Shown: one piece after another, positions 22,566 through 38,899 of the stretch
How the letters are laid out: every line of letters begins with the position of its first letter
Position numbering within the stretch: the stretch's first letter is position 1
Assembly: GCA_002269645.1 (NCBI GenBank)
Contig: NIVC01001820.1
Coordinates: 1 to 46,355 of the forward strand
Source of the DNA: Macrostomum lignano
Taxonomy: Eukaryota
Length of the DNA stretch: 46,355 bases
Direction: 5' to 3'
Position numbers and translations under genes: made by a program
Notes under the pieces: model-generated
Told to the model about the DNA's origin: nothing
Seen by the model: only the letters and a program-made list of their open reading frames with translations
Database searches by the model: none

Positions 22566-25500
22566 CTACCCCGACCCAGTGCTTCCCTTCCTGGAGCACC
22601 GATCGATAAAAGCCGCCAAGAACCTTGCCGGCCTGCGCACAACTCGACCAGACCTGGTGGTGATAGGCTGCCTCGCAGCAACGGATTGAGACGTCCGAGA
22701 ACTGACGCTCTCAGTAACTGTAGTGGCAGGAGAATTGTCTGATTGTGGCTCCAGCTTGAGGTCACCAAGTTCCTCGCTTGGCAACTGATCTGACTCTGGC
22801 AGCGAGTGGCTCGAATCGGTCCTCGAGACCTGCTGCTTGACCTCCTCAGTGTCTCGACTTTCACCACCGACTGTCACCGCTACCGACCCTGAAACCCTAC
22901 TAGCGGTCGTTCCAGACGTGGCCCCTTGAGCACTGTGGGCAGGAGGCTCTTCCGATGCCGGGTTCCGCCTGCTACTAGCAGGAATCGAACTTCCCTCCTC
23001 CGACTCCTCCCAGTCTCGATCTAGAGAACGCCTCTGAACGCAGACTGTGGAGACGGACCTGTCAGTCGAGGGCTGCTGAGCCGGATTTGAAGATCGAGTC
23101 TCTCCCGGTGCGGATGCCTGTCCGAATTTGTCGATCAAATCGATGTACGCGGGCTTTCTCACACACCTTTTTAGCCTGTCGATGTTGTAAACATTGTGCC
23201 TTGGGTTCGGCATCCCGGTGTCTGACTCTGGGACAAGTCGGTAGTTTCTGTCAGAGATCTTTTCAATGATCTTGTACGGCCCAAACCACACCGCCGTGTC
23301 CAGACCCTTGTGGTCCGGGTTCAAGACCCATACAAGCTCACCTTCCTTGAATACCGAATGGTGGGTGCCCCGATCGTAGTAGCGCTTCTGGCGCTGTTGG
23401 GCTTTACCGCGAATCTGTCTGGCCAAGGTCGAGACGGACACAAGCTCGTGATATAGTTTATGGGCGAACCTGTTAGGCTGAAACTGGTCCTGCACTGGAG
23501 ACCCATATATTAGGTCTAGAGGGAATACGAGCTCGCGCCCTAGGAATAGGCGCGCTGGCGTAAAGCCGGTGGACTCAGCTTCCGACGCTCTGACTGACAT
23601 GCCAACGAGGCGGGCCGCCAGTGGCCAATTGCACTCCCTGTCCTGACACACGGCGCGGATCTGGCTCTGTCTGAATCGCCCTTTCAACCTTGCCGTTGGC
23701 TTGGGGACGGCGAGCTACGATCCGAACTTTTCCGATTTCAAGGAGGCTAGTCAGCTCCTCCAATACATGATTGATGAAAGCTGTGCCATTGTCGGACACA
23801 ATTACTTCCATCGCCCCGTACCTGACGACCCATTCGGTCAAGATTGTTTGAGCGGTGGTTTCGGCAGTTGTATCTGGTACCGGAATTATTTCGACCCAGC
23901 TGGTAAAGCGGTCAATAAGAGCCAGCAGGTACCTGTTGCCATCTTGTTCTGAGACTGGGCCTGCATGGTCCACGTGCACCACTTGGCCTGGATAGCCAGC
24001 AAGGGTGGGATGCATCGGTTCCTTATTTTTCTTCTTGTTTTTCTTAGTTCGAGCACAAGTCTCACATTCAGAGATTATTCCTGTGACATGGGTTGTTAAC
24101 GCAGTGATTTTGAAACGGTTCTTTAGTGCTTTCGTGGTTTTTGTTACCCCACTGTGATTCAGAGCTTGGTGATAATTCAAGACGACTTCATCGACGTTCG
24201 CCGTCTCGGGAACGACTAAGACAGAGCGAGAAGGCCTACCCTTTTTGGACGGTTTCTGGAGGTATAACAGGCCCTCATTTAGAGTGAGTCTCTCAAAATT
24301 TGAATACAATACAATATTCGGACCTCACGACTGCACGACTGAAGCTCTTCGCTACTTGGCTTTCGCTCATTCTTCACAGCTTCTACTAGCCTCATGATGT
24401 CAATTGAGGACTCCTGAGCTTGCCTAGCCCAGTTTTCTTCTTGCTGATCTGACCACTCTTCATCAGACTCGGAGTTGCTTCCAGCCTCTGATCTAATAGG
24501 GTGCCCCACTGCTCGGATTGCCGGCGTTTCAGCAGGCGTTGGCAGTTCAGTTTCCGTTTGCTTTTGATCAGTATTCCCAGAGAGCGCTTCCAGCTGCTGT
24601 GGGGTCTGAGCCTCAGCCTCCTTGTGGTCGGGCGTCAAATCGCAGTTCTCATTGCTCTCCGTCTGGATAGCAACAGTGCGTGTCTGAATCTTTTTCCCTC
24701 TGGCCGCCCGTACGACTACAGACGCACTTTTGGCGTTTCCAATGAATTTTTCCTTAAACTCCGGTATGTGGCTGCATGTTGGGCAGTCGTAATGATCCGC
24801 CCGGAACTTTGGGTTCCGGCTTAGAAAATCGGCATTTGAATGTTCTTGTCCAGCCCTGTGTTTGACCTCAAAGTCGTATTCCCCCAGGCGCTCAAGAGGT
24901 GTTTGATCGATTTTGAAATCATAGGCTTCGATCGTGGCCAACCATTGGGCCAGCATGCCTGTGGCATGTCTCTTGGCGTGCAACCACTTCAACGCTGCCG
25001 CGTCAGTGCGCACGATGAAGGGATGATCAAGCAAATAGACTCTGAAGTTCTCGAGCATGATCACCACGCCCAAGAGCTCTCTCATCGTGGCACAATAATT
25101 TCGCTGCGCGGCGGTAAATTTTTTTGAAGCGTAGCTGATCACATTTTCCTGACCATCAGCACCTTGTTGCGACAAGACAGCGCCAACCCCCTCGAGGGAG
25201 CTGTCGCAGTCCAAGATAAATGACCCGGCATTCGGTGAAAAGTCCGGGTAGGCTAGGACCGGAGGTGAGCAGAGGCTTGACTTCAGCTCAGTGAATGCTT
25301 TTTGGTGCTTTTCTTGCCAGGCAAACTTCTCCGCCCCCCTTGCCAGGCTGTACAGCGGTGCGGCTATCACTGAGAACCTGGGAACAAATTTTCTGTAATA
25401 ATTACAGAAGCCTAAGAACGACAAGAGCTGCTTCTGATTACTCGGAGTTGGCCAATCGCGAACGGCATCGGTTTTCTCTGGGTCAGCTTCTATGCCTTGT

Positions 25501-28500
25501 CCGGATACCACGAACCCGAGGAACCGCACTTTGTCCTTAAACAGTTCACACTTACTAGGTTTGATTTTTAAATTTGCTTTTTGCAACCTCCACAGCACTA
25601 GCGCTAAATTAACAATCATCTGATCATTATCCCTTGCTTTCACAATGACGTCATCCAAGTAAATCAAGCTGACCTTAAGCAGCAGGGGTTGGAAGACCCG
25701 GTGCATCAACCGCGCAAAAGTTGCCGGGGCGGTCTTGATGCCGAACGGGACGACCTTCCACCTGAAGGTGCCTTGTGGGCAAGAAAAAGCAGTGAGGTCC
25801 CTGTCTTGCTCACGGATCCCGACTTGCCAGTAGGCGGATGTTAGGTCAAGACTGGAAAAGACCTGTGCCCCCGACAAGCTGTCAAACGACTCGTCAACCA
25901 GTGGTAGCGGGAAGCTACAAGGTTTGATCACTTTATTGGTCTGTCGATAATCAACGCAAAGCCTTTGACTCCCATCTTTTTTCCGCACCAACACGATTGG
26001 GGACGACCACTCGGAGTCACATTCTTCTATTACGCCACAATCCAGCAACTTGGAGATGTGCTTGTCCAGGAACTCCTTCTGTGCCGGTGTGGTCCTCCGA
26101 GAGGGCTGAAATACCGGTCGACAGGTCTGGTCTTTTAGCTCAATTGACATCTCTGTCAGCGACGTCTTTCCTAGATCGGTGTCGGACTTTGAAATTTGAT
26201 TATGGAAGAAATTTAGCAACTTTATAGTTGTTGTCAGTTGTTGGGTTGTCAGATTTGATTTTCCCAGGCGAAACTCCCCTTTGAGCCACTCTGCAGTAGC
26301 TTTATCCGGGTAAGGCAATTTTTCTAACTGTTTTCCCAACCTTTCAGCGTTATTGATCGAAAAATCACGCTCATGTAGCCGAGTGTGAGTGACAACCTCA
26401 TCAGCGCCTACATCCTGAAAAGAGGCCACTTCTTGCCCCCTTTTTATTGATATTGTCTGATCTTCACTGTTAAGCAAACGGACCAGGACATGGCGGCCTG
26501 TACTAACACTGTCTAGGGACCTGGCCACCAGACATTCCCCATCTCCACGGAAAAGGCGCGGTCCAAGGACTCCTTGAGCCCCTGGGACCGCTTCAGCGAC
26601 ACGACTTGGGACAATAGCTTCCGATCGGGGGGCCATTTCTAGGTCACACGCTGATGTCACCCGCCTGACGCGGTAGAGACTACTGTCACCCTCAATGATC
26701 GGAATGGCCTCTCCATCCACTGTAGCTTTACCATCGGCAATTAAGAGGTTGACCCTGAAGCTCTTGAGAAAGTCGAGACCGAGCAAGACATCAGACAGTC
26801 TTGTTTCCATGACTAAAAAGACTTGTGTCCTGGTCAGCTTTCCCAATGAAACCTCGCAACGCAAAGTGCCTAAGATTTCAGTTGACGTACCATTGAAAGC
26901 GGTAGCTGCGCGTCGCTGTATGGACGGCTTGAAGACGTTGTTAATGGGATCAGCCTCGACTAGCTGATCCTTTACTCGGACTCCCATGACACTAGCGTTG
27001 GCACCAGAGTCTAGGCAGGCAATGATTCGACTCTCACCGACATCCAGTTGCACGAAATAACTCGAATCGGTCTGGAACTCCGTGTCTTGCGCAGCGGACT
27101 GCTCACAATTCGGGGGCGAAGCCAACTCGCAGACGTCTAAGGCCCGATCACTAGGTTTTGCACTGTCGGCCACCCGACGAAACCTGACCCGGAGACCAAC
27201 AATTTGATGGGGTGCCGCTCTGCCCCGAAGCTCTTGATCAAGCTGCGAGACATGCACAAAAAGATTGTCTCCCATCAGCGCTGACCGAATGAACCCATGT
27301 GACTGAAACCACTGGGTGATGACCCCGGTCTCCACTAGTTCAGCTCTTTGCTTCCCTGGCTCTCTTCCAGAGCGACCCCTGTGATTTAGCGGTGGTGGAT
27401 GAGGGCAATCTGCGACCAGATGATCTGTTAACCCGCATCGATAGCATGCTCTAGGCGGTCGGCTGCTAAACTGAGCTCCCTTGCCATATGCCAATTGATG
27501 GGGCGGCGCTGATTGTGCAACTCGAGTCTGCTTTGGATTGCCTACCCCGCTAACCACTGGCACTTCATTTTGAAACGCCCTGACTGATGTTTGGTTAGAC
27601 TGCTCCACCAGTAGTTTTTCCAGTTCTTTAACCCTTGCTTCAAGCTCCGCAGTCTTGTCTGGACCCACAGAACGGACTTTAGCCAGCGCCGACTGCCCAG
27701 GGTTCAAGAGCTGTCGGACACCTGTAATCTCCCTGGCCTTCTTGGCCAGGTCAACAGAGGATAGCGAAGGATCTTCCCGACTGGCCAGCAGCAGCTTTTC
27801 GGCCAAGCTTCTATCTAGCAGCCCATGGCAGAACCGGGCCCGGACCAGTGGCTCAGACTCTTTGAGAGACAAGTTAGCAGCATGTGAAAGTCTTATTAGT
27901 CGATCAAAGTATTCTTGGACATCTTCAGCATCATTTGCTGAGCACTTGCTAGTTCCAGATAACTTTTGTCCTTCTCCGAAACATCCGTGTAGCGCAGGTC
28001 CAATGCTTTTAGTGCGACCTCAGCATCTTGCTTATGCAACTGGTTGTGAAAGCAATACTCCTGGCATTCAGGCGATAAAAGGGACAGCAAAATGGCTGAC
28101 TGCTGCTCCTTGGGAATTTTGTGCGCCTCCACGTAAGTGCGAAATTGCGTTTGCCACAAGTCGAATCTCATTTTCGGCATGTAGGGTTGTGGGGGTCGGA
28201 GGCGGACATTACCACTGCCCTCAGACGCTCTTGGTGAGGTCGATGGTGCCGTTGGATTTGATGCACGATTTAAGCTATTGGCCAATACCTGGGAGAAGCT
28301 TTCTAAGAAATTCTGCATAGTAGCGGGGAGCAACGCTGCTTCAGCCGAACCAACAGCAGCTGATGCTCCATTTTCAGATTCATGAGCATTAGCTCCACCA
28401 GCAGCTGATGCTCCATTTTCAGATTCTTGAGCATTTGCTCCACCAGCATCATTATTAACAGAGCCACCTTCTTCAAGACCAGCCACATTGGCTACCACTC

Positions 28501-28519
28501 CATCCTCGTTATTAGACAT
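22566..28519 (-). pseudogene. gag-pol: Gag-Pol polyprotein (~1980 aa when repaired), broken by three frameshifts
   Basis: Segments 28519-27896, 27872-24279, 24309-23575 and 23687-22566. Motifs: CYRCGLTDHLVADC (27446-27405); protease LDSG (Asp 27011-27009); RT YLDD (25661-25650); RNase H LDCDSS/ELLGV/RTDA; integrase H..H/CETC, VDHAG, SDNG, NGKVER; WFGPYKI. Confidence 0.95.
27129..27332 (-). other. Cold-shock (OB-fold) domain embedded in Gag-Pol
   Basis: ETGVITQWFQSHGFIRSALMGDNLFVHVSQL...IVGLRVRFRRVADSAKPSDRALDV. RNP1-like HGFI and RNP2-like LFVH. Matches the recalled CSDE1/UNR CSD1 pattern ETGVIEKLLTSYGFIQC...RLFFHCSQY...VGDDVEF. Confidence 0.8.
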
Positions 28520-29266
28520 TCCAGAGCCTAATCACCTCGCCAAGCCGAGTTTTTTGCACCAGCAATGATCGGGACGACCAACCGAACAGGTGCAAGCAGG
28601 AAAAGAAGCAAAGGGGAAAGCAACCCAGACAGCAGTTGGCGGGATCTAATCTAACCCTGACACAGACACAAACGCTATCTAAACCCGTCAACCTGGGACT
28701 ACCTCCTATTTTTAAACAGGCAAACAGACTCACCACACGCACACAGATTGGCTGACCGCTGGTGTGTAGTCGCAGTTGTCCGGCCAGTTAGACGTAACCA
28801 GCAGTTCGTTCCAAGCTGTTGCTAACACGCAGAAGCAGCTCTGTTGACGCGCCAAGGGTCAATTGGGACTGGTGTAGGCCGAGGCTGGCAGCTGTGGCCA
28901 ATTACTGTTGAGCTAGGCAGAGTGCAGGCCGCGTAGATTAATTGTCCTTGGGGTGGGTTGGCTGCGCTTGCACTGGATCCACTCGCGTTAAAGGACAGTG
29001 GAGGCTGACTAAGATTGCACTGATTCCGTTGGGCACAATTATTTGCGGCGCTCGGAGTAGCCAATTAGCCACAGAATGCGATAAGCAATGTACAGCTTGG
29101 TTGGGCTTGTGTTGCAATTGTACACGCTGGCTGGCTGGGCTAGGGTTATGACTCACGATAAGAATTTTATGACAATTCCAATATTCACTTCTTGGCTGCC
29201 GCCTGGATAGCCCGGGCTTGTTGTTGACTTGTTTGGTGTTCAAACCGAACGGTAAGTAGCAGCCCG

Positions 29267-29283
29267 TCTCGGTGGGACCTCCA
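29267..29283 (-). promoter_or_regulatory. Primer-binding site, tRNA-Gln
   Basis: Minus strand TGGAGGTCCCACCGAGA is complementary to the tRNA-Gln 3' end ...TCTCGGTGGGACCTCCA (recalled); 7 nt from the LTR. Confidence 0.85.
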
Positions 29284-29290
29284 AAAATTA

Positions 29291-29834
29291 TGTGACGATA
29301 TCTGGTCCGAGTTCGCGTGCTGACGGGCTGCTATTAAAGTAGTGAGTAAACACACAGTTAGTGGTGACGATAACTGACGGCGCCGATAATTCGATTACGG
29401 ATTATGTATATTTGCAGGTTACACATGTAGTGGTTATTGCTGATGCTAACTGGTAACGAACAATTGCAGTGTCAATGGAATGGCTTCGAAGATGACCTTA
29501 GTGGGTCACACTACTAAATTGAGAGCGATCTTGAACTACTGTTTTTTTCAGTGTTTACTAAAATCAATCAGTGTTTACTAAAATCAATCAGTGTTTACTA
29601 AAATCAAATGACTGGCGATAGGAACAGCAGCCGCACACCACGCTCAGTCTTCTCCGAAGCCACAGAATTCAAAATGTTAAATATAACTATTTAATGCAGT
29701 AAAACAAAGCATTGCTTACTATTTTCAATAAACATAAAAGTGAAACCAATTGATATAAATAAAGTACATATTAAATACTTTTTAGTAGATATTAATCGAC
29801 GAACTGGGAGAATAAAAGAACCACCAACGTCACA
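29291..29834 (-). repeat. 5' LTR (544 bp)
   Basis: TGTGACG...CGTCACA; direct repeat of 21085-21632. Confidence 0.98.
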
Positions 29835-30384
29835 GCAAAATCGCGAAATCGCGGTTGGCTATATTTTCTTTACTTTAACTCTGTCATTAACTCATAAACG
29901 ATAAGACTCCACTTTGTGAACGGTTATTAGGACAACTGAGTTCTTCAAAAGCGAGGCATTGCGAGGCAGTGCCGCTCGGGGCTATATCCACTGCCGCCGA
30001 TGGGGTACAGATAACGAGCGTATTATCTCGTTGGTTATAACCACGTCTGAGGTTTACATGTACATAAACAGCGCATGCGATGGGATTAACATTAATTAAT
30101 CACGCGTGTTTAATTAGGTGGGCGAGGGGGTGATGCTGTTAAAACGTATCGGTTTTACTCAAGTTGAGTTAGAGCGTTTTGGGGAAGCTAGCTAGTAGTC
30201 CTGAGTTCTTTTGCTGTTCCTCTTGTGCAGGCCGCCCGGGCTGAGCGTCCACCTCTCGGTCAAGGACTACAGTGGCCTTGGCTCTCGGTTGCTGCTCCTC
30301 GGAGTTTGGTGGCCATTGGTGTTGCTCCTCTCCCAGGGGCGGCCGGCTCATAATTTATTCTCCGGCGCGCCATCTCCGCCTGTC

Positions 30385-30750
30385 TATTTTTTTATTAGAG
30401 GCAGGGGGGTTGTGTGCACCCTGGCGCACTTTAAGCGACATAGGCACACAACCGGCGAGAGGCATTACTGCCCATTCCGCCGACTCCCCTGAGCAGGCAC
30501 ACAAGCGCGCGGATACGTACGCAGGCACACACTCACACAGGAGTGTACAGCGGCCCTAACTTTATTTTACCGTTAGGCATGCACACTTCATTGTGCCTTG
30601 GGGGGGTTGGCTCTCAAGGCCGTTAATTGCACGAGCAGAGCCAAGCCGAGATTCCAATTCAGCCCCAAATTAATGTGACTGCACTTGGAATCGAGCCTGG
30701 GTCGCTGGCACACCAGAGCCTGCGCTAGACCGCTGGGCTACGTCCCCCCT
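30385..30750 (-). mobile_element. tRNA-derived SINE, family B, copy 1
   Basis: Minus-strand A box TAGCCCAGCGG, B box GGCTCGATTCC and A-rich tail; 13-bp TSD ATCTCCGCCTGTC (30372-30384, 30751-30763); highly similar to 40589-40948. Confidence 0.9.
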
Positions 30751-31386
30751 AATCTCCGCCTGTCAGCCGCCCGGTCAATTTTTTGTCGTCTCATCCTTTG
30801 ATGGGGGCTGCTGTAGTTTTTTCGTGCCGCATACCACTGTGTAGACCCCTACTTATTTGCGAGATTGTATTGTTCATGGTTGCCTTATCCTTTATCCCAG
30901 CTTATATTAACTCTGCATGATCTCGCCTTCCTTTACCACTCTTTGGCTTGGCGTCTTTTATGCCAGCTATTCAGGGGAATTTCTAAGTGTCGAATTACAA
31001 TTGCCTAAAAGCGATGTCCCAATGTACGTCAAGCCATCGCGCTTGGTCCTGAGCTAGCAGTACATGCACATTATAGTCAGTCAACATAGCGATTGATGAC
31101 ATTTTAAATCGCCTACACGACACGTGGTTCTGCGTTCAGCACCGGCCGCGGGCACCTATATTTCGACGTCCTTTACTAGCGGCGGCAACTATTAATGGCC
31201 AGGTGCGTAGTCCATGAGGAAGTACACTGTACGTCTTACATGCATCTCTAGCTCGTAAGGTCCATATGTCTAACGCCGCCATAGGTTTGCATCTCTTTCC
31301 TGAGCTGCCTCGAGCCGTTTCAGGGCGATTCTACGCTCGTATTACTGGGGATATATCGAAGAGCTGCCTTTCGAGAACTGAACATT

Positions 31387-31989
31387 CAGTAACCTTCACT
31401 GACTGCTGCTACCCCTACTGGACCTTCAGTGACCTTCACTGACTGCTGCTACCCCTAATGGCTCTTCAGTGACCTTCACTGACTGCTGCTACCCCTAATG
31501 GCTCTTCAGTGACCTTCACTGACTGCTGCTACCCCTAATGGCTCTTCAGTGACCTTCACTGACTGCTGCTACCCCTAATGGCTCTTCAGTGACCTTCACT
31601 GACTGCTGCTACCACTACTGGACCTTCAGTGACCTTCACTGACTGCTGCTACCACTACTGGACCTTCAGTGACCTTCACTGACTGCTGCTACCACTACTG
31701 GACCTTCAGTGACCTTCACTGACTGCTGCTACCCCTAATGGCTCTTCAGTGACCTTCACTGACTGCTGCTACCACTACTGGACCTTCAGTGACCTTCACT
31801 GACTGCTGCTACCACTACTGGACCTTCAGTGACCTTCACTGACTGCTGCTACCACTACTGGACCTTCAGTGACCTTCACTGACTGCTGCTACCACTACTG
31901 GACCTTCAGTGACCTTCAATGACTGCTGCTACCACTACTGGACCTTCAGTGACCTTCACTGACTGCTGCTACCACTACTGGACCTTCAG
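31387..31989. repeat. 40-bp minisatellite, 15 copies, two unit variants
   Basis: CAGTGACCTTCACTGACTGCTGCTAC followed by CACTACTGGACCTT or CCCTAATGGCTCTT. Confidence 0.97.
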
Positions 31990-33455
31990 GATCTTACTGG
32001 TAGTGTACAGTGCACTGTGTCAATAGATTATTGCTGCGAAACTCAGAAAACATATTGAGAAAAAGGCGACACATTTCCATTCACGGTCAGTTTGTTCTTA
32101 AAGCTTTTAAAGTGAATGGCATTAATAATGCGATATTCCAATAGCGAGCAGCGGCCGGTATAGAAGGCAAAATATGACCTACATGTAGGAAACATTGCAT
32201 GCCCTGTTTTGATTATTTCCGGAATTGGCTAGCTATTAAACATGCCGCCATTATTGCTAACAAACAGCCACTGATCACGTTTTCCTATGAGAATAATGTA
32301 GTAGTCCAATTAGCATATTATTTGTTTAATGAAGTCCAGACACATCTGTGGGCATGCCCGTATATATGCATTGTCAGGGTCAGTACTTCCCTAGCTAATA
32401 CGCCTCAGTTCCACACAGGAAGTCGTCATAGTTTTAATTGATTCCCATGCAAATTCAACCCCTTTGACGACCTGAACAAAAAATTAATTACTTGCCGGTC
32501 AGGCAGAACCAATCTGGATGCATATGACTGCTTGCACTGACTTTCTCTGCATAAGAAGCGCGTGTTAAATCAAAATTGCGTCCCCTAAAACGATCATTTT
32601 CCATGCTGTAACCCCCGCGGCTTGCGAAATAAAAGTCAACTGCAAACTATTTAGCTCGTAATATGCTTTATGGAACTTCTCAGAAAAATATGAGTGGAAA
32701 ACAACCACGAAGGCAAAGCAAAAAAACTAAAATACAAAGAAAAACTTTGCTTATAGAGACAAATAAAAACAACTAACGACATAACCTTGAACCTTGAAGG
32801 ACCTTGAAAACAAAAAGATTCGTTAAGTTGGATAACTTGTCGGACCAGTTAGGCTCCCATGGGATTAAGAGGAAAAAACTTTTTACCCTTCACTGATTAA
32901 GAGGTACCATGTATTTCTTTTGACGTTCAAAGTAAAAAATCCGGCTTCGAAATTAATATTTATTGCCAATAATCAATTAATACTGAAACTGAACTTCAAT
33001 TTAAGTCGATTTTTGTACTTTTATTTTCTATCGTTAGTTGAGTTACCAACCTGCTCAATCCCCCATTGTTGCTAACGGAGCCGTCAGCTCACGGGAATTC
33101 CTTCTAGTGAGGATGGGAACTAAGAAAGCTGTTGAGTGCATGTTTCTGACAGGTCAGAAGATGCACCCAGAAATTAGTTCATTAGTTAAAATTCTCCTTC
33201 GACCAATAAGAGACGGTCAGTTCGGAGCTCCAATCCTGTCTCACTGCCTCGTGCACTTGCCCACCAACAAGAGGGATTACAAAAGAGCTTGGATCTAGCA
33301 GAGAGCAGATCAGTCTGGTTTTTTCTCTAAACTATCTCAATAAGGTGAGCTCTCTTTGTCAATTGTTTCTTCCTTTTAACTTACATGAACTTACAGGCTA
33401 AACCTGCATGTCTAAATGGGCTCATCCATTGATTACAGGTGTCTTTGAAGGCATA

Positions 33456-37935
<4,480 letters not shown>

Positions 37936-38899
37936 GGCTTCTAGGCGACTCTGATAGGCTCGAAATACATTTGGAATTGATTACTAGATATTGATTACTA
38001 GAAATTATGATAATTAGTCATTGCTGTGATTGCACCGACTAAACTTTTAGTCACTGTTCTCGAACTGTATGCTTGAGTCCCCCCAACAGATAACAAACAG
38101 TTGATATAGCTCGTAGTTTAACAAATACTCTTAAGATATTTTCAAATTCATTCCACCTATTCTCAAGTCAACTTTTAGTGTCTTTGCTGTGCTAATGGAA
38201 ATGATTTGTGACTGCTTTTCACGGCAAGCTAACACGATTATGGTTATTTTACACTGACCTCCCTCATTCAGAACCTCGAAGTTTTGCAATCTGTTCAATC
38301 CAGTAGTACAATCGTTTGTTATTTAATCTTTTAGCTACGAACTTCTTGCCCGATGACTTGTCAAAGAAAAAATACATTCGAGACCTGCCAGTCGATCTAT
38401 TCTGCTCGCAAAAAAGTCACACAAAACTCTTACTAGAAATTTTAGTCAAGGTTCAGATTCGTTTGTTTAATTAGAGGCTCAGGAAGCTGAGCAGGCAGCC
38501 TTCAATACCACGGGAAGCGGATTTTTGCCCATCCCTCTTAGTTGACTGAGAACCCTTGATTTCCAGGCTCGCAAGCAGCAACTCAGACGCGCGGTAGATG
38601 AAGACAAAAATATCAAACTTCTGCATACAAGCTTTCGTACATAATTTTGCCGGACTTTGTACTTGTTCAGATTTTTAAAGAAAACTCAAAACATATACGG
38701 CCGCAGTTTTGAGTCGGTTAAATACAAATTAACGAAAAAAGCAATAGTTATTACTTATATTCAGTCGGTATTGTGAAACGCGCGCATAAAGTTTAAGTAT
38801 TGAAAAGTATTGAAAGGCTGGTTTCGAGATTTTAGCAGGCATTTTTTGAGGCGCTGCTCTTTCTTAGAAATCGTGCGCATCAAGGGAGACTTCTAAGAA

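Larger units (their letters stand above)
21085..29834 (-). mobile_element. Complete Ty3/Gypsy LTR retrotransposon (8750 bp)
   Basis: Two TGTGACG...CGTCACA LTRs; 4-bp TSD GCAA (21081-21084, 29835-29838); PBS; PPT; domain order Gag-CCHC-(CSD)-PR-RT-RH-IN-GPY/F. Confidence 0.98.

Noticed and set aside
21906-22867. env-like third ORF in the retrotransposon (hydrophobic, Cys-rich minus-strand ORFs)
   Set aside because: The hydrophobicity comes from the reverse complement of a CA-rich tract plus the 29-bp repeat. All three frames give similar low-complexity text, and there is no recognisable furin site or fusion-protein layout.
27925-27945. Programmed -1 frameshift in gag
   Set aside because: There is no X XXY YYZ slippery heptamer (CAG CAA ATG), and the site is mid-capsid, upstream of the knuckle, rather than at the gag/pol boundary.
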